Virus record (IMG/VR): IMGVR_UViG_3300038345_000118
Location: 1-64,000 of that record
DNA length: 64,000 bases
Strand: one strand, 5' to 3'
Origin: a virus
Taxonomy: Duplodnaviria; Caudoviricetes
The position numbers were made by a program, and so were the translations under genes. Shown piece after piece: positions 8,746 through 18,616 of this stretch. The notes beneath the pieces are model-generated. The model saw only the letters and a list, made by a program, of their open reading frames with translations, searched no databases and was not told the origin of the DNA. Within the stretch, counting starts at the first letter, position 1. Each line of letters begins with the position of its first letter.

Positions 8746-11700
8746 TTACATTCTGTTTTGGATGGGGAAACGCTCTTTAAGTGCCGTAACCCGCTGATAT
8801 GTTCCGTAACGTCTCTTAATGTTCACCCACCAACGCCCTAGCTGCATTTCATCACTATGAGCGGTACTAGGCAGCCTGTTATGAGAATCAGCAAATGCCT
8901 CTATCTGATCTAAACGAAACTCCATATTGATTGATCGTTTGTTCGTCTGTGCGGCATACTTCCTATGCAACGCCCGAACCTCCGGTGTGTTAAGATATGA
9001 GCGGCGCAAGGTCTCATATTTTTGGTAGATGTCACCATCTTTCCTGTTTGGCAATCGATCATGCTCCAGCGACCAATCCCTTACAAGTGCATAACGTTGT
9101 TCAAATTTGAGAGGTCTATTCTCGTACCTGTCCCGAATGGCTTGCATAACGGGGTCTTCGCAAAGACGGTCACGGCGTGCCCTCCATTGTTTGTAAAGGT
9201 ACATTTCATCCGTTTTCTTTTCAGGTAGACGGCCATTCTTATCAACAAACCCGATAATAAGTCTCTTAACCTCATCGTCATGGCTAGCACGCATCTTCTC
9301 TCCATAAGACGGCCACGACGCTATCTCTTCAAGCAACGGCTTTACATCCGGGTGCTCCGGGTAGTTCTTCCTGATGTTGTAAAGGATAGCGTAAAGGTTG
9401 CGGACACTGTTATCAGTAGGGAGGCATTTGTTTTCTCTTATATACTCAGCTAGCGGCGCTATGTATTCCTTCATGTTGAATTCGTGCTTATCATACTTCT
9501 CATGCATCTCCTTAACCCTTGGATCATCCATATTCTCTCTCATAATTCTGTTCCAAAGATTATACATAGTGTGCTCATTCCTATGCGGCTTACTATTGTG
9601 CTCTCTGACATATTCCTGCAACTTGACAATTCCTTCATCAGCTGTCAGGAACTTCTTCCTTGTTTCCAAAAGCCTGGCTATGTCAGGGTCTTCATGTATG
9701 CTCTTACGTTCACGCATCCTCTTGTAGAGCGCAGCCTCTTCATTGGACCTGTTCTTCATCGGAAGACGGCCATGTTCATTGTAAAAATCGAGAATCGTCC
9801 GTTTAAGACTTTCGTCATCCTTGACAGTTCCGTACTTGTAGATGATTTCTTTAAGCTCTTTGTCATGCCTTCTCTTGTCAACAACACGCAACTGGCAAAA
9901 GTTGTTATAGTCACTCTCTTCACTCTTTATAGGCAATCTCCCGTTCTTCTCGACAAATTCCTTTAATCTTTCTAATCTCTCAAAAAAAGGTATTTTCTTC
10001 TTTTCATACTTTTCAAACAGCTCAGCAACCTGTGGATTACCAAGAAGCCTGTTGGTTACATGCCTACGAAGTTTATTCTCACTTTTAGGCGCAAAACGGT
10101 TATTGCGTGGAAGACGGCCATTCTTCTCGACAAAATCAAGAAATCTTTTAAGAAGTTCATCGTCGGTATCACGAAGACGTGTCCTGTATCTATCTAGCAA
10201 ATCCTGAAAACGCTTGTCAGGATTTCTCATGTGTTGAGTACAAAGGGCCACGTAATTTCTATAATCATCTGGTTCTGTAACCTTGACAGGCAGTCTTCCA
10301 TACTTGTCTGTAAATTCAACAAAACGTTTAAGTCTCGTTTCAAAGTCTTTTACCACACCGTACTTTGCCCTCAAGGCTATCACCTCCGGCCTGTCGCCGT
10401 AACATTGAATGAGAACGTGATAATGCCGAAACACATCCAAACCGTCACCACGGACGGGCGTGCGCCCGTTCTTCTCGCAAAAGTCTGTGACAATGGAAAC
10501 CCTCTCCTCATAGGAGGCGTAGACTATTTCTTGCGGGACCAGTTTTCTAATAGCATCTTTTATGCCTAACGTATAATCGTAAACCACAAAACCAAGTGGC
10601 TCGTATTCGCTCTCCTTCTCATCTTTCATGTGTTGATGCTCATACCAATCATAACCATCCCGTATTTGGTGGACAAGATTGGTCGTTGTGATATTATCAA
10701 CCATATCGAGAATAACGGGCTTATCCGTATTTGCAGCCGTCAAGCACCGCCCAATCTGCTGTAAATATATAATCTTCGACGATGTGGTGCGAAGGAGTAT
10801 GACAGCATTAATACGGGGGATATGCACACCTTCATTAAGCATATTGACGCTAAGCATGATTTTTATGCCTTCTTCATAGTCATCGTTTTCATAACCGTCC
10901 ATTTGCTCTTTCAACTCCTTGTCTGCCATATACCCGTGAACAGTATAGATATCGGCTATTGTGAATCCAGCACTTACAAACCAACTTTTTACGGTTTTCT
11001 CCATATCCTTCAAATGCTCCACATTCCCGCAGAACACTATGACTCGGCGAGCTTTTTCATCAATATGTTTTTGGATAATGGCAGGCATACCTTGTGAGCG
11101 TTCCCAGTCAAGACGAAGATTGTTTACACGTGTCAACCGCTCCTTCTTTTCTTTAATGTCAAGACTACGGCTTTTACTGATACGCCTTTCTATATCATCA
11201 ACAACCTTGTCAAACTCAAACAGCCCTGTCACAAAACGGGGGGTGGCAAGGATATTCCTGTCCCAAGCATCCTTCAATGACATATAGCTGGCAATGTTTC
11301 CGCCAAACAGTTCGTCTGCCATATCACGGTTGTCATCAAGAAAGCGTATAGGTGTAGCCGTTGTTCCCAAAACCTTTGCTTGCGGATTGACTTTAAGTAA
11401 GCGGTCAACGGCATCACCCCATTCGGGTGCTCCGGCACGGTGAAACTCATCGAGGCAAATGAGGTCATAATTCGTTTGCGGGTTTTCGGTAAACATCAGC
11501 AGAGAATATGTCATATATTCCACCTTGCCGTCTTTCTGCCTGTCACGCCACTCCAATACACTATGCACCTGGTTAAGCACAAACGTATTAGGCCCGAGTA
11601 TCAGCACGTTCTTATAGCTTTCAGATACCGCCGCCATCAGGTACGACTTACCCGTACCCGTTGGGTGTACTACACAGGTGCGATCGGCTGCCTCGAAAGC

Positions 11701-11754
11701 CTTCACGACTTTCTGATACGCTGCTTTATTATGCGGTAATAATTGTGTTCTCAT
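8746..11754 (-). CDS. Superfamily II DEAD/DEAH helicase with about 10 C-terminal helicase-associated-like repeats
   Basis: HPTGTGKS, LDEFHR, TATP, NEGVHIP and QQIGR motifs; repeated F...(N/H)GRLP units. Confidence 0.85.
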   Translation of the reverse strand: MRTQLLPHNKAAYQKVVKAFEAADRTCVVHPTGTGKSYLMAAVSESYKNVLILGPNTFVLNQVHSVLEWRDRQKDGKVEYMTYSLLMFTENPQTNYDLICLDEFHRAGAPEWGDAVDRLLKVNPQAKVLGTTATPIRFLDDNRDMADELFGGNIASYMSLKDAWDRNILATPRFVTGLFEFDKVVDDIERRISKSRSLDIKEKKERLTRVNNLRLDWERSQGMPAIIQKHIDEKARRVIVFCGNVEHLKDMEKTVKSWFVSAGFTIADIYTVHGYMADKELKEQMDGYENDDYEEGIKIMLSVNMLNEGVHIPRINAVILLRTTSSKIIYLQQIGRCLTAANTDKPVILDMVDNITTTNLVHQIRDGYDWYEHQHMKDEKESEYEPLGFVVYDYTLGIKDAIRKLVPQEIVYASYEERVSIVTDFCEKNGRTPVRGDGLDVFRHYHVLIQCYGDRPEVIALRAKYGVVKDFETRLKRFVEFTDKYGRLPVKVTEPDDYRNYVALCTQHMRNPDKRFQDLLDRYRTRLRDTDDELLKRFLDFVEKNGRLPRNNRFAPKSENKLRRHVTNRLLGNPQVAELFEKYEKKKIPFFERLERLKEFVEKNGRLPIKSEESDYNNFCQLRVVDKRRHDKELKEIIYKYGTVKDDESLKRTILDFYNEHGRLPMKNRSNEEAALYKRMRERKSIHEDPDIARLLETRKKFLTADEGIVKLQEYVREHNSKPHRNEHTMYNLWNRIMRENMDDPRVKEMHEKYDKHEFNMKEYIAPLAEYIRENKCLPTDNSVRNLYAILYNIRKNYPEHPDVKPLLEEIASWPSYGEKMRASHDDEVKRLIIGFVDKNGRLPEKKTDEMYLYKQWRARRDRLCEDPVMQAIRDRYENRPLKFEQRYALVRDWSLEHDRLPNRKDGDIYQKYETLRRSYLNTPEVRALHRKYAAQTNKRSINMEFRLDQIEAFADSHNRLPSTAHSDEMQLGRWWVNIKRRYGTYQRVTALKERFPIQNRM

Positions 11755-12683
11755 TTGCTATTTTTTTTAGCTTCACGCACCGCATCGTTACGCATCTCTG
11801 TCAGTTCCCTGACGGCTTTCTTCGCAAAACCCTTAGTGGCAAATATCTCATCAGAGTAGTCATAAACTGCCTTGATGGTGGCATCGAAAGGCAGATCCGT
11901 TGACGTCCACAGTTCCTCCAGCTGTTCCACACCGAGCGCGACGTTGCGTTCTTCGGCTTCGTCGAGACTATAGGCATCCGTCTCAGGAGCCAGTGCGACG
12001 AGAGCCCGCTGCCATGCGGCAGAGATGCGTTCAAGTGAAAACGGAGCGTAGATCTGCAAGACTTGGCTCTCTGAAAGCAGTCCTTCGCATGCCTCATGTA
12101 CGATGCACATCGTCCGCTCAAAGATATTGACGGCAAGTTTCAGGACGGTCTCACCCACCAATCCCCACGCCACAAGGTCGGCGCATGGCACGCCGTGAGC
12201 CTGCATCGACAGGCGGAACTTGTTCCACAACGAGCCAATAAGCGGCTGGCTCTTCTGATAGACCAGCGCCCCCGTAGCCTCCCAGAACTCAAAATACTGC
12301 GCATCGGTCACGACACCGTATTTCCGTCGGGCTTCTGCCGGCATGTCCTGAAACCTGAAAAACTTAACGATGCCAGGCGCAGGTTGAATCAGGTTCGTGC
12401 GATAACGCTTATATTCGTCGAGCGCACGGGCAAAGTCGCGCTTTACCTGATGCTTGTATTTAGGGTGTGGAGAGCATGGGCGTGCCATATACTCGTCCTT
12501 TGGCCTCACGTCGGCAATCTTGTTCAGGCTGTCCATCATCACGACGAGTGCTGCATTGTTGGCGGCACCGGTTATCATCTTAACAAAACCGGCGCACTGC
12601 GCCATAAGCAGTTCTATCTCCTCAATGGTCATGCCCTTCGGATTACGGGCAAGGGCGAGATAATTTATGTTTTTTGGTGTCAT
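11751..12683 (-). CDS. Hypothetical protein
   Basis: 310-aa ORF whose stop overlaps the helicase start. Confidence 0.65.
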   Translation of the reverse strand: MTPKNINYLALARNPKGMTIEEIELLMAQCAGFVKMITGAANNAALVVMMDSLNKIADVRPKDEYMARPCSPHPKYKHQVKRDFARALDEYKRYRTNLIQPAPGIVKFFRFQDMPAEARRKYGVVTDAQYFEFWEATGALVYQKSQPLIGSLWNKFRLSMQAHGVPCADLVAWGLVGETVLKLAVNIFERTMCIVHEACEGLLSESQVLQIYAPFSLERISAAWQRALVALAPETDAYSLDEAEERNVALGVEQLEELWTSTDLPFDATIKAVYDYSDEIFATKGFAKKAVRELTEMRNDAVREAKKNSK

Positions 12684-12699
12684 AATCTATTTATTTTTG

Positions 12700-12785
12700 C
12701 CCAGGAGGCCGAAATCGAATCGGCGCTCAGTGGAATGTTACATCCCGTTGCTCCTGTGGGTCTCACTTACGGGCTTTCTCCTGGG
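12700..12785 (-). ncRNA. tRNA-like structured element (acceptor-like stem plus T-arm)
   Basis: CCCAGGAG/CTCCTGGG 8-bp stem stacked on GCCGA-TTCGATT-TCGGC; no canonical D or anticodon arm. Confidence 0.4.
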
Positions 12786-12859
12786 GGTGCCCGTCTTTCC
12801 GGGCTGTCATGCAAGGACCTTAGTCTCGGGCATTGCGAGAACATCTATGTTGGCGACGC

Positions 12860-13306
12860 TTATTGCTTATTCAGTTGTCCCTGTAGCTTAGCGATTGTCT
12901 CGCTATAAGCAGCGACTTGCTTCTGGTGTTCATCGACAAGCTGTTGACGGGACAGTTTCAGCTGTGAGAGCTGTTCATCCTTTTCTTTCAGCCGCTGGCG
13001 AAGATTCTCCACGAGTGTCTGATAGCCAGTCACCTGTTTGTCGATTTCAGCCTTCTGTTCCTTAAACTTCCAGTACATATCTTCGAGTTGGGCGACCTTC
13101 TCAGTCGTTTTCTCGTACTCCTCCCGTACCCGGTCAAGTTCCATCTGGTACGGATTGTTGCCAAACAAGGCAATAAATAAGTTTTTGAAATAACGCTTCA
13201 TTGTTTTGTCTTTTATGGATTTTTCCACCATTTTTGGAAGGGACTTTTCAAAAATTGTTGTAACTTTGTTGCAAAGATACAATAATTTCGGAAATCGACA
13301 AAACAA
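12860..13306 (-). CDS. Coiled-coil hypothetical protein (likely start at MKRYF near 13201)
   Basis: Heptad-rich C-terminus; first gene of the leftward operon. Confidence 0.6.
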   Translation of the reverse strand: MFCRFPKLLYLCNKVTTIFEKSLPKMVEKSIKDKTMKRYFKNLFIALFGNNPYQMELDRVREEYEKTTEKVAQLEDMYWKFKEQKAEIDKQVTGYQTLVENLRQRLKEKDEQLSQLKLSRQQLVDEHQKQVAAYSETIAKLQGQLNKQ

Positions 13307-13346
13307 ATTCAGAAGTTTTTATTCGGATTTTATTATATTAACTTTG
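13272..13346. promoter_or_regulatory. Divergent Bacteroidota sigma-A promoters (candidate genetic switch)
   Basis: TATCTTTG on minus (13272-13279) and TAACTTTG on plus (13339-13346) match the TAnnTTTG -7 element. Confidence 0.6.
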
Positions 13347-13360
13347 TAAAATGAAGTGCT

Positions 13361-14071
13361 ATGAATCAATACAGACTCAACACCAAACTTATCAGCAGCC
13401 TAAGTACCGTGCTATTCACAACGGCAGCAGAGATTATGCAAGCCTCTGGCATTGCAAGCACCACATGGTATGCCATTATGCAGAAACCTGCAGCCATCAC
13501 GATCCAGCAACTCATTGCCATCTCCAACGGCATGCACATCCCTGTAAGCCGGTTTTTCTCAACCGGTAAAACCGACCTGATAGGCCACCGCGACGATTAC
13601 GTGACCGACCCATACCTGCCTTGTTACTACGACGCAGATGCGTTACAGGAACTTGTCAGCAGCCGTCAGGAAACCACATGGCAACGAGCCGCCGATGCAA
13701 CGGGTGTCAGTCGCGACAACCTGCGAAAATCCTTGTTGGGTGTAAGACGCACGCCTGTGACGCGATTTCTCACGACCTGCGACGCTTTTCGAATAGACCC
13801 TTTCGAGATTCTGATTGACCCCAATCCTAAATCGAAGAAAGAGCATGCAAAACCGTCGAAAGCAAGTCTTGAAACCACACACGCGGAAATACACCAGTTG
13901 CAGCAAGACATGAAGGCGCTATCAGAAAGCGTCATGGAGCTCAGCAAAAAGTACGAAGAACTTCTTTCTGCTCACGACGCGCTGCTACGCCAGATCAACA
14001 TGAACATCCATAACTTCACAGAAGGCAGTTTAAACTTTGTTTCCGGTTCGTTGGAGCAGAAAGAAAAGTGA
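13361..14071 (+). CDS. Repressor-like protein with tandem HTH-type domains and C-terminal coiled coil
   Basis: EIMQASGIASTTWY and RAADATGVSRDNLRK HTH-like segments; lone plus-strand gene divergent from the replication operon. Confidence 0.55.
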   Translation: MNQYRLNTKLISSLSTVLFTTAAEIMQASGIASTTWYAIMQKPAAITIQQLIAISNGMHIPVSRFFSTGKTDLIGHRDDYVTDPYLPCYYDADALQELVSSRQETTWQRAADATGVSRDNLRKSLLGVRRTPVTRFLTTCDAFRIDPFEILIDPNPKSKKEHAKPSKASLETTHAEIHQLQQDMKALSESVMELSKKYEELLSAHDALLRQINMNIHNFTEGSLNFVSGSLEQKEK

Positions 14072-14091
14072 AGAGTGAAATTGCAGAATAC

Positions 14092-14129
14092 AAAAAAAGC
14101 GCCCCTCGCTATCACAGCGAAGGACGCTT
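14092..14129 (-). terminator. Intrinsic terminator ending the long minus-strand gene train
   Basis: Hairpin GCGCCCCTCGCT/AGCGAAGGACGC next to an A7 run (U-tract on minus). Confidence 0.6.
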
Positions 14130-14218
14130 CCACTCAAAAATCATTAGTTATGACAACTAATGCGGTGTTACGTGCGTGTGCGCACGTTATATGTATTAGG
14201 TGTGAGCGGAAACCGCTA

Positions 14219-14476
14219 TTACTTCTCTTTCACTCGGCGAGCGATATCCTCCATGTCTGTCAGCCAGCCGTGAGCAGAACGCAGTTCGTGGAGCATATCG
14301 TCTTTGATGCGTCGCTCGCTGTCGTTCTCAGGCTCCGTTCGCTGCAGCAGGTCATAGAGGGCACTCAGGTCGGCACTTGTGCCCGTCAGGTTGATTGTTG
14401 CCGTATAGTCCTTCTGAGGACTATGGGGCGTAAAGTCGGTCTTAATCATAGTTATATTTCTCCTTTTTCCTTCCAT
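14219..14476 (-). CDS. Hypothetical protein
   Basis: Last ORF of the minus-strand train. Confidence 0.5.
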   Translation of the reverse strand: MEGKRRNITMIKTDFTPHSPQKDYTATINLTGTSADLSALYDLLQRTEPENDSERRIKDDMLHELRSAHGWLTDMEDIARRVKEK

Positions 14477-15180
14477 TCATTCCATTTATCAACGCTATAT
14501 CCTTCGTGGGTCTTTACACCGAGGAAGGTGAAGGAGTAGTCGCTGCTGTCGGGCTCGCCCCAGGCGTGGAGCGTGGCGATGTTGCCGCGATGGGTCAATT
14601 CTTCGGGGTGGTCCTGTATGTGTTGCAGGGCCTTGCCGTAGGCATCCATGCCGCTGTTGGCGATGACGTCACCCGTAAAGGTGGTGTCAGCGATGTAGTC
14701 ATTGCCTTGCCGGGCAAACACCATCAGTCGAATGTTCAACTCAACATGGTACCAGCCGGGCTTCTGCTCATGCAATTCAGCCATGCGACGCTGCTTGGCG
14801 GCTTCTGCCTGGCGCATACGATCCTGGCGTGCTGCCTCGCGACGCTCGTTGTAGATACGCTCGTGCTCCTCCAGCGTGTCGGCCATTGCGGGATGGAAAC
14901 CTATCTCCCATGCACCGCAGCCCGTGGTACGGTAGCCAACGTAGGCGCGTGGCTTTCCACTGGGATAGTTGCCGAAGCCGTCGCGGAACAGGTCACGGAT
15001 CTTCTCTGCCGTGCGCTCGTTCACGACTATGTTTTCCGTCGTGCTCTTACGTCCGTAAGGCTTCCAGGTGTTAATCACTGCAATAGCTTCGTCAGCCGAA
15101 TGTGCTATTGCCTTGTAGGGTACATACGTGTTACCGTTGTTGGCGCGTCCGCCGTAGGTGATGAAAAATACGTTTGTCAT
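14452..15180 (-). CDS. Hypothetical protein
   Basis: 242-aa ORF downstream of an internal promoter. Confidence 0.65.
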   Translation of the reverse strand: MTNVFFITYGGRANNGNTYVPYKAIAHSADEAIAVINTWKPYGRKSTTENIVVNERTAEKIRDLFRDGFGNYPSGKPRAYVGYRTTGCGAWEIGFHPAMADTLEEHERIYNERREAARQDRMRQAEAAKQRRMAELHEQKPGWYHVELNIRLMVFARQGNDYIADTTFTGDVIANSGMDAYGKALQHIQDHPEELTHRGNIATLHAWGEPDSSDYSFTFLGVKTHEGYSVDKWNEWKEKGEI

Positions 15181-15249
15181 TGTCTTAACTGTTTAACCGA
15201 TCAGTCCGGGGTCTTAATGAATTAATGATAGTTTACGCTGTAGCCGTTG

Positions 15250-15257
15250 CAAAGATA
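15250..15257 (-). promoter_or_regulatory. Sigma-A -7 element
   Basis: TATCTTTG on minus strand in an AT-rich intergenic gap. Confidence 0.55.
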
Positions 15258-15283
15258 CGATGATTATTTTATTCTTGCAAGCG

Positions 15284-15718
15284 TTATTGAATATTTTTAA
15301 GTTCAATGTCAGATGGCTCGACGACGTAATGATACTCGTCACATCCCGTCTGCAGGAAAATACGGCGCTTGTTTGCCTGCTCTTCCGTTGCGCACGACTG
15401 GATAAACCTTCGGTCTCCGTCGGGAGTAATACACCACAGATGGAAAAGCTGTGATTTGGGTTCACACATACCTCTGTAATCTGGTTCAAGCAGATAAAGA
15501 TCACCATGCTTGTCATAGACCTTTCGCCCACCATGGTAGGTATCTTTGTAGTTCTCCCAACGGTGCATGGCCTCGTTGAACACCTCGTAGTTTACGCGCC
15601 GCTCAAATGTAGCGTGCTCGTCGCAGAAGCGGTGCGCCTCCTGGAAAGTCATCTCCCCGTCGAAGATCTGCTCCTTCGGACTGTATTGGTAAATCTTAAA
15701 GTGATATTTCTGTTTCAT
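15284..15718 (-). CDS. Hypothetical protein
   Basis: Packed ORF in the train. Confidence 0.6.
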   Translation of the reverse strand: MKQKYHFKIYQYSPKEQIFDGEMTFQEAHRFCDEHATFERRVNYEVFNEAMHRWENYKDTYHGGRKVYDKHGDLYLLEPDYRGMCEPKSQLFHLWCITPDGDRRFIQSCATEEQANKRRIFLQTGCDEYHYVVEPSDIELKNIQ

Positions 15719-15737
15719 GGGTTATCGGATTTATTTG

Positions 15738-16052
15738 TTATCTTACTGTAATGTTGACCAGTTGCGAGTCGATAACCACACCGGCATCCTCGCCGCCCCA
15801 GGTGATAGCCCGTACAGGTACAAGCGTCTTACGGCCAGTGTCTGGGTCGCATTTGAAATCGACCTCATAACCGAGCTTGTCTGACACGGAGAAGTAGATG
15901 GACCACTCGCCAATGTCGTAACACTCAGGACCACATATATCCGTGGCCTCGTTTTTCTTCGACTTGCTGAGTTCGGACAGTGAATCATTGAGGATGGCCA
16001 CCTTTCGGATGTCCGCACCCTCAGACTTGAATTTGCAGATGATTGTTTTCAT
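15738..16052 (-). CDS. Hypothetical protein
   Basis: Packed ORF with AACGACTATG start context. Confidence 0.6.
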   Translation of the reverse strand: MKTIICKFKSEGADIRKVAILNDSLSELSKSKKNEATDICGPECYDIGEWSIYFSVSDKLGYEVDFKCDPDTGRKTLVPVRAITWGGEDAGVVIDSQLVNITVR

Positions 16053-16064
16053 AGTCGTATTCGT

Positions 16065-16229
16065 TTAAATTTGTTCAATTCGTTGTTCGGTAATCTCCAG
16101 CCCGCGTTTGCGGGCTTTTTCGTAGAAGTCCTGCCTGACCGCCTCGGTTGGGAGCCACGCCAGTGTGCGCCGCTCCCGTCCGTCTTTAGCCCGCAGGGTA
16201 AGTTCGTAAACTCGGTTAGTATGGTCCAT
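16065..16229 (-). CDS. Small hypothetical protein (54 aa), below the ORF-track cutoff
   Basis: Manual translation MDHTNRVYELTLRAKDGRERRTLAWLPTEAVRQDFYEKARKRGLEITEQRIEQI fills the gap. Confidence 0.5.
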   Translation of the reverse strand: MDHTNRVYELTLRAKDGRERRTLAWLPTEAVRQDFYEKARKRGLEITEQRIEQI

Positions 16230-16347
16230 ACTGCCCTACCCTTTCTCCTTTATCCCAATCGTGTTCGTAGTTGCTGCCACGATAGCATCTGTTGCAACAC
16301 GATTTACCGTCATTCTTGCATCTGTCGCAATATCCAAATCTTCCCAT
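16216..16347 (-). CDS. Small Cys-rich protein (43 aa), below the ORF-track cutoff
   Basis: Manual translation MGRFGYCDRCKNDGKSCCNRCYRGSNYEHDWDKGERVGQYGPY with two CxxC pairs. Confidence 0.45.
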   Translation of the reverse strand: MGRFGYCDRCKNDGKSCCNRCYRGSNYEHDWDKGERVGQYGPY

Positions 16348-16350
16348 AAC

Positions 16351-16587
16351 TCATGCGTCAATTACTTGTTGCACATAGTCGATGACGTCACTCTCCAGAC
16401 TGTCGATGGCCGACTGGAGATTGTCGATGTTTTCCTGCATGGCATCGCCACGCTCACTGTACTGGAGGCCCTCGGGCATATTGTCGAAGGCTTCCTGTTC
16501 TTCGTCCATAACGGCCTCGATGCCGTCTTTGATTGTTCCAAGCTGGTCGATTAGGTCTTCCAGCTGCTTACGTCTTGCTTTGTTCAT
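16351..16587 (-). CDS. Small acidic helical phage protein
   Basis: MNKARRKQL...EEQEAFDNMPEGLQYSERG pattern seen in many phage hypotheticals. Confidence 0.7.
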   Translation of the reverse strand: MNKARRKQLEDLIDQLGTIKDGIEAVMDEEQEAFDNMPEGLQYSERGDAMQENIDNLQSAIDSLESDVIDYVQQVIDA

Positions 16588-16601
16588 AGTCGCTAATTTG
16601 T

Positions 16602-16847
16602 TTAAATTCGTTTAATCTTTCTGTCCTCGGCACCAGCAGCGATCCTGGCTCTAAACACTTCATCAAAGCGCTTCTCTTTATTAGACCTTCGCCCTTTTGA
16701 GTGATTTATCAGGCTCTTTGCCTTTACGATGCCCAGTAGGTCGTCTATTTCCTTGATGTCTTTGAACGATTGAACGACGTCTCCATCGTTCTGTTCCATA
16801 TAAACCTCTGCGAGAATCGGCATGGCATCTGACTTGATATGCTTCAT
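16602..16847 (-). CDS. Hypothetical protein
   Basis: Packed ORF. Confidence 0.5.
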   Translation of the reverse strand: MKHIKSDAMPILAEVYMEQNDGDVVQSFKDIKEIDDLLGIVKAKSLINHSKGRRSNKEKRFDEVFRARIAAGAEDRKIKRI

Positions 16848-16852
16848 AGTCG

Positions 16853-17050
16853 TTAATCGTTTGATGTGTAGTGATAAACTTTCTTCTTTATTTTCTGAGA
16901 GATTCTTTCGATGGCATCGACCTTAATGCGGGCTGACACCTGAATGTCGTCGTATGCCATGAGGTCTTTTAATTCCTCTGCATAGCTTATCAGAAGGCGA
17001 AGGTCGCCTTTGATGTCGTTCTTTGATGTTGCTATGATTTTTGTTGCCAT
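16853..17050 (-). CDS. Hypothetical protein
   Basis: Packed ORF with MATK start. Confidence 0.5.
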   Translation of the reverse strand: MATKIIATSKNDIKGDLRLLISYAEELKDLMAYDDIQVSARIKVDAIERISQKIKKKVYHYTSND

Positions 17051-17201
17051 AATGATTTTAGGATTTTAGGGTTTTGTTTTTTACTTGCATCCACACTTCA
17101 TCAAAGCGAGGAGCACGAGGATAGCGAAAAAATAATTCTCTGGCATATTGTTTGGTTTTAAGTTATTCAAAAGTGTTTCTCGCATTTTAAATGCTTATAT
17201 T

Positions 17202-17639
17202 CTATGCAGCCGGATTACAAATCCGTCTGAACGAATAAGTTTCTCCAAAGGTGATAACTCCGTTAGTTGATGGCGATTCCATCTGTGCCTTGACGATGGC
17301 TGTAACCTCCCATTCACGCAGTGGTATGCCGTGCTGTGAACACAACAGTTCGTCGTTTTGCTTAAAGCCTGCTGCTCTCCAGAAATCACCGGCCTTAATC
17401 CACACTTCTATAAGTGCAGGTTCACGTCGGCCGTCGCGGTTGGGGTAGAGTGAAGCGTCGCCGTAAGGTGGCATTCGCATAACGGAATCCCATACCCGGC
17501 GAAGTCTTGCCATATCCCGCGTCCATGAGCGAGCCGAAGCGTCTTCGATGGCTATCTGTTCGTACTTATCGTGGACGGCCTGTAAAAAGTCGTCCACATC
17601 GAACCGCATTATTTTTAACGTGCCGTAATAGTTTGCCAT
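17202..17639 (-). CDS. Hypothetical protein, C-terminal AA
   Basis: 145-aa ORF ending ICNPAA. Confidence 0.6.
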   Translation of the reverse strand: MANYYGTLKIMRFDVDDFLQAVHDKYEQIAIEDASARSWTRDMARLRRVWDSVMRMPPYGDASLYPNRDGRREPALIEVWIKAGDFWRAAGFKQNDELLCSQHGIPLREWEVTAIVKAQMESPSTNGVITFGETYSFRRICNPAA

Positions 17640-17695
17640 AATGATTTTGAGTTATTGATTAGATTTGTAAGATTTCTCGCCGTGAGGCGACTGGT

Positions 17696-18604
17696 TTACG
17701 CTGTTTGCAGATAGTTATACAATTCTGTGGCGGTCTTGTAGCAACCGTCGAGTTGGGGACGGCGCTTACCACGAGTACGGTAATACTGGCAGGTCTGTTC
17801 CTTGCCGTTGATGTTGGCAATAACCTGCTGCAGGTTATGCACGGTGCGCAGGTGGATAGCGATACCGTAGCGGCGGCAGAGGTCCACCACGTCGCATCCG
17901 TCAATACTCTCGCCGTTCTTGAACTTCTCGGCCTCCTGTGTCAGTCGCTCTTGCTCCTGGCGTTCTTCCTCGGCACGCTTGCGGGCTTCCTCCTCGGCCC
18001 GTTTGCGGGCTTCTTCCCTACGCTGGCGGTCTTCCTCCTCGCGTTCCTCCATTTTTATAGCACGGATTTCTTTCAGGCCGGAGAGAATCGGCGACTGCAC
18101 TTCCTCGTAGGCTCGGATGTCAGAGCATTTCACCCATGAAGATACGGAAAGTAAGTAGTTGTCGTAGTCCATCGTCAGTTTCAGACGCGCCAGAAGATTA
18201 TCACGGTCTTTCTTTCTGTCTTCCATGTTTTCCTCGTTCCATTTGCGCTCCTTGGCCTTGTAGTCATCACTGGCATCGGGATGTTCTGCAAGAAATTTCT
18301 GCCAGCGTATCTGTCCGTCTGCTTCAATCTCTGCGTCGGTTGGCTGCATACGTTCCAGCAAACTGGCACTCACAACGGTTATCATTGCAGCCACCTTGTC
18401 GCTCAGTTGGGCGTAGATGAAGTATTGCACATAGGTTCGGTAGCCCTCGTCGTGTTCCTCACGCTCATACCAGAGTGGAGTCTTCGCATGTTCGTTGCCA
18501 ATGTTGGGCAGCAGTTCACTGAGGTTTGTCAGTTCGATGTTGCGTCTCTTCGGCGTATTGCCGTCGGAGCCGACATAGTGGCACCAGAATTTCTTTGTAT
18601 TCAT
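17696..18604 (-). CDS. Hypothetical protein with charged coiled-coil segment
   Basis: 302-aa ORF; EEARKRAEEE repeat. Confidence 0.7.
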   Translation of the reverse strand: MNTKKFWCHYVGSDGNTPKRRNIELTNLSELLPNIGNEHAKTPLWYEREEHDEGYRTYVQYFIYAQLSDKVAAMITVVSASLLERMQPTDAEIEADGQIRWQKFLAEHPDASDDYKAKERKWNEENMEDRKKDRDNLLARLKLTMDYDNYLLSVSSWVKCSDIRAYEEVQSPILSGLKEIRAIKMEEREEEDRQRREEARKRAEEEARKRAEEERQEQERLTQEAEKFKNGESIDGCDVVDLCRRYGIAIHLRTVHNLQQVIANINGKEQTCQYYRTRGKRRPQLDGCYKTATELYNYLQTA

Positions 18605-18616
18605 AGTTCGTAAATG

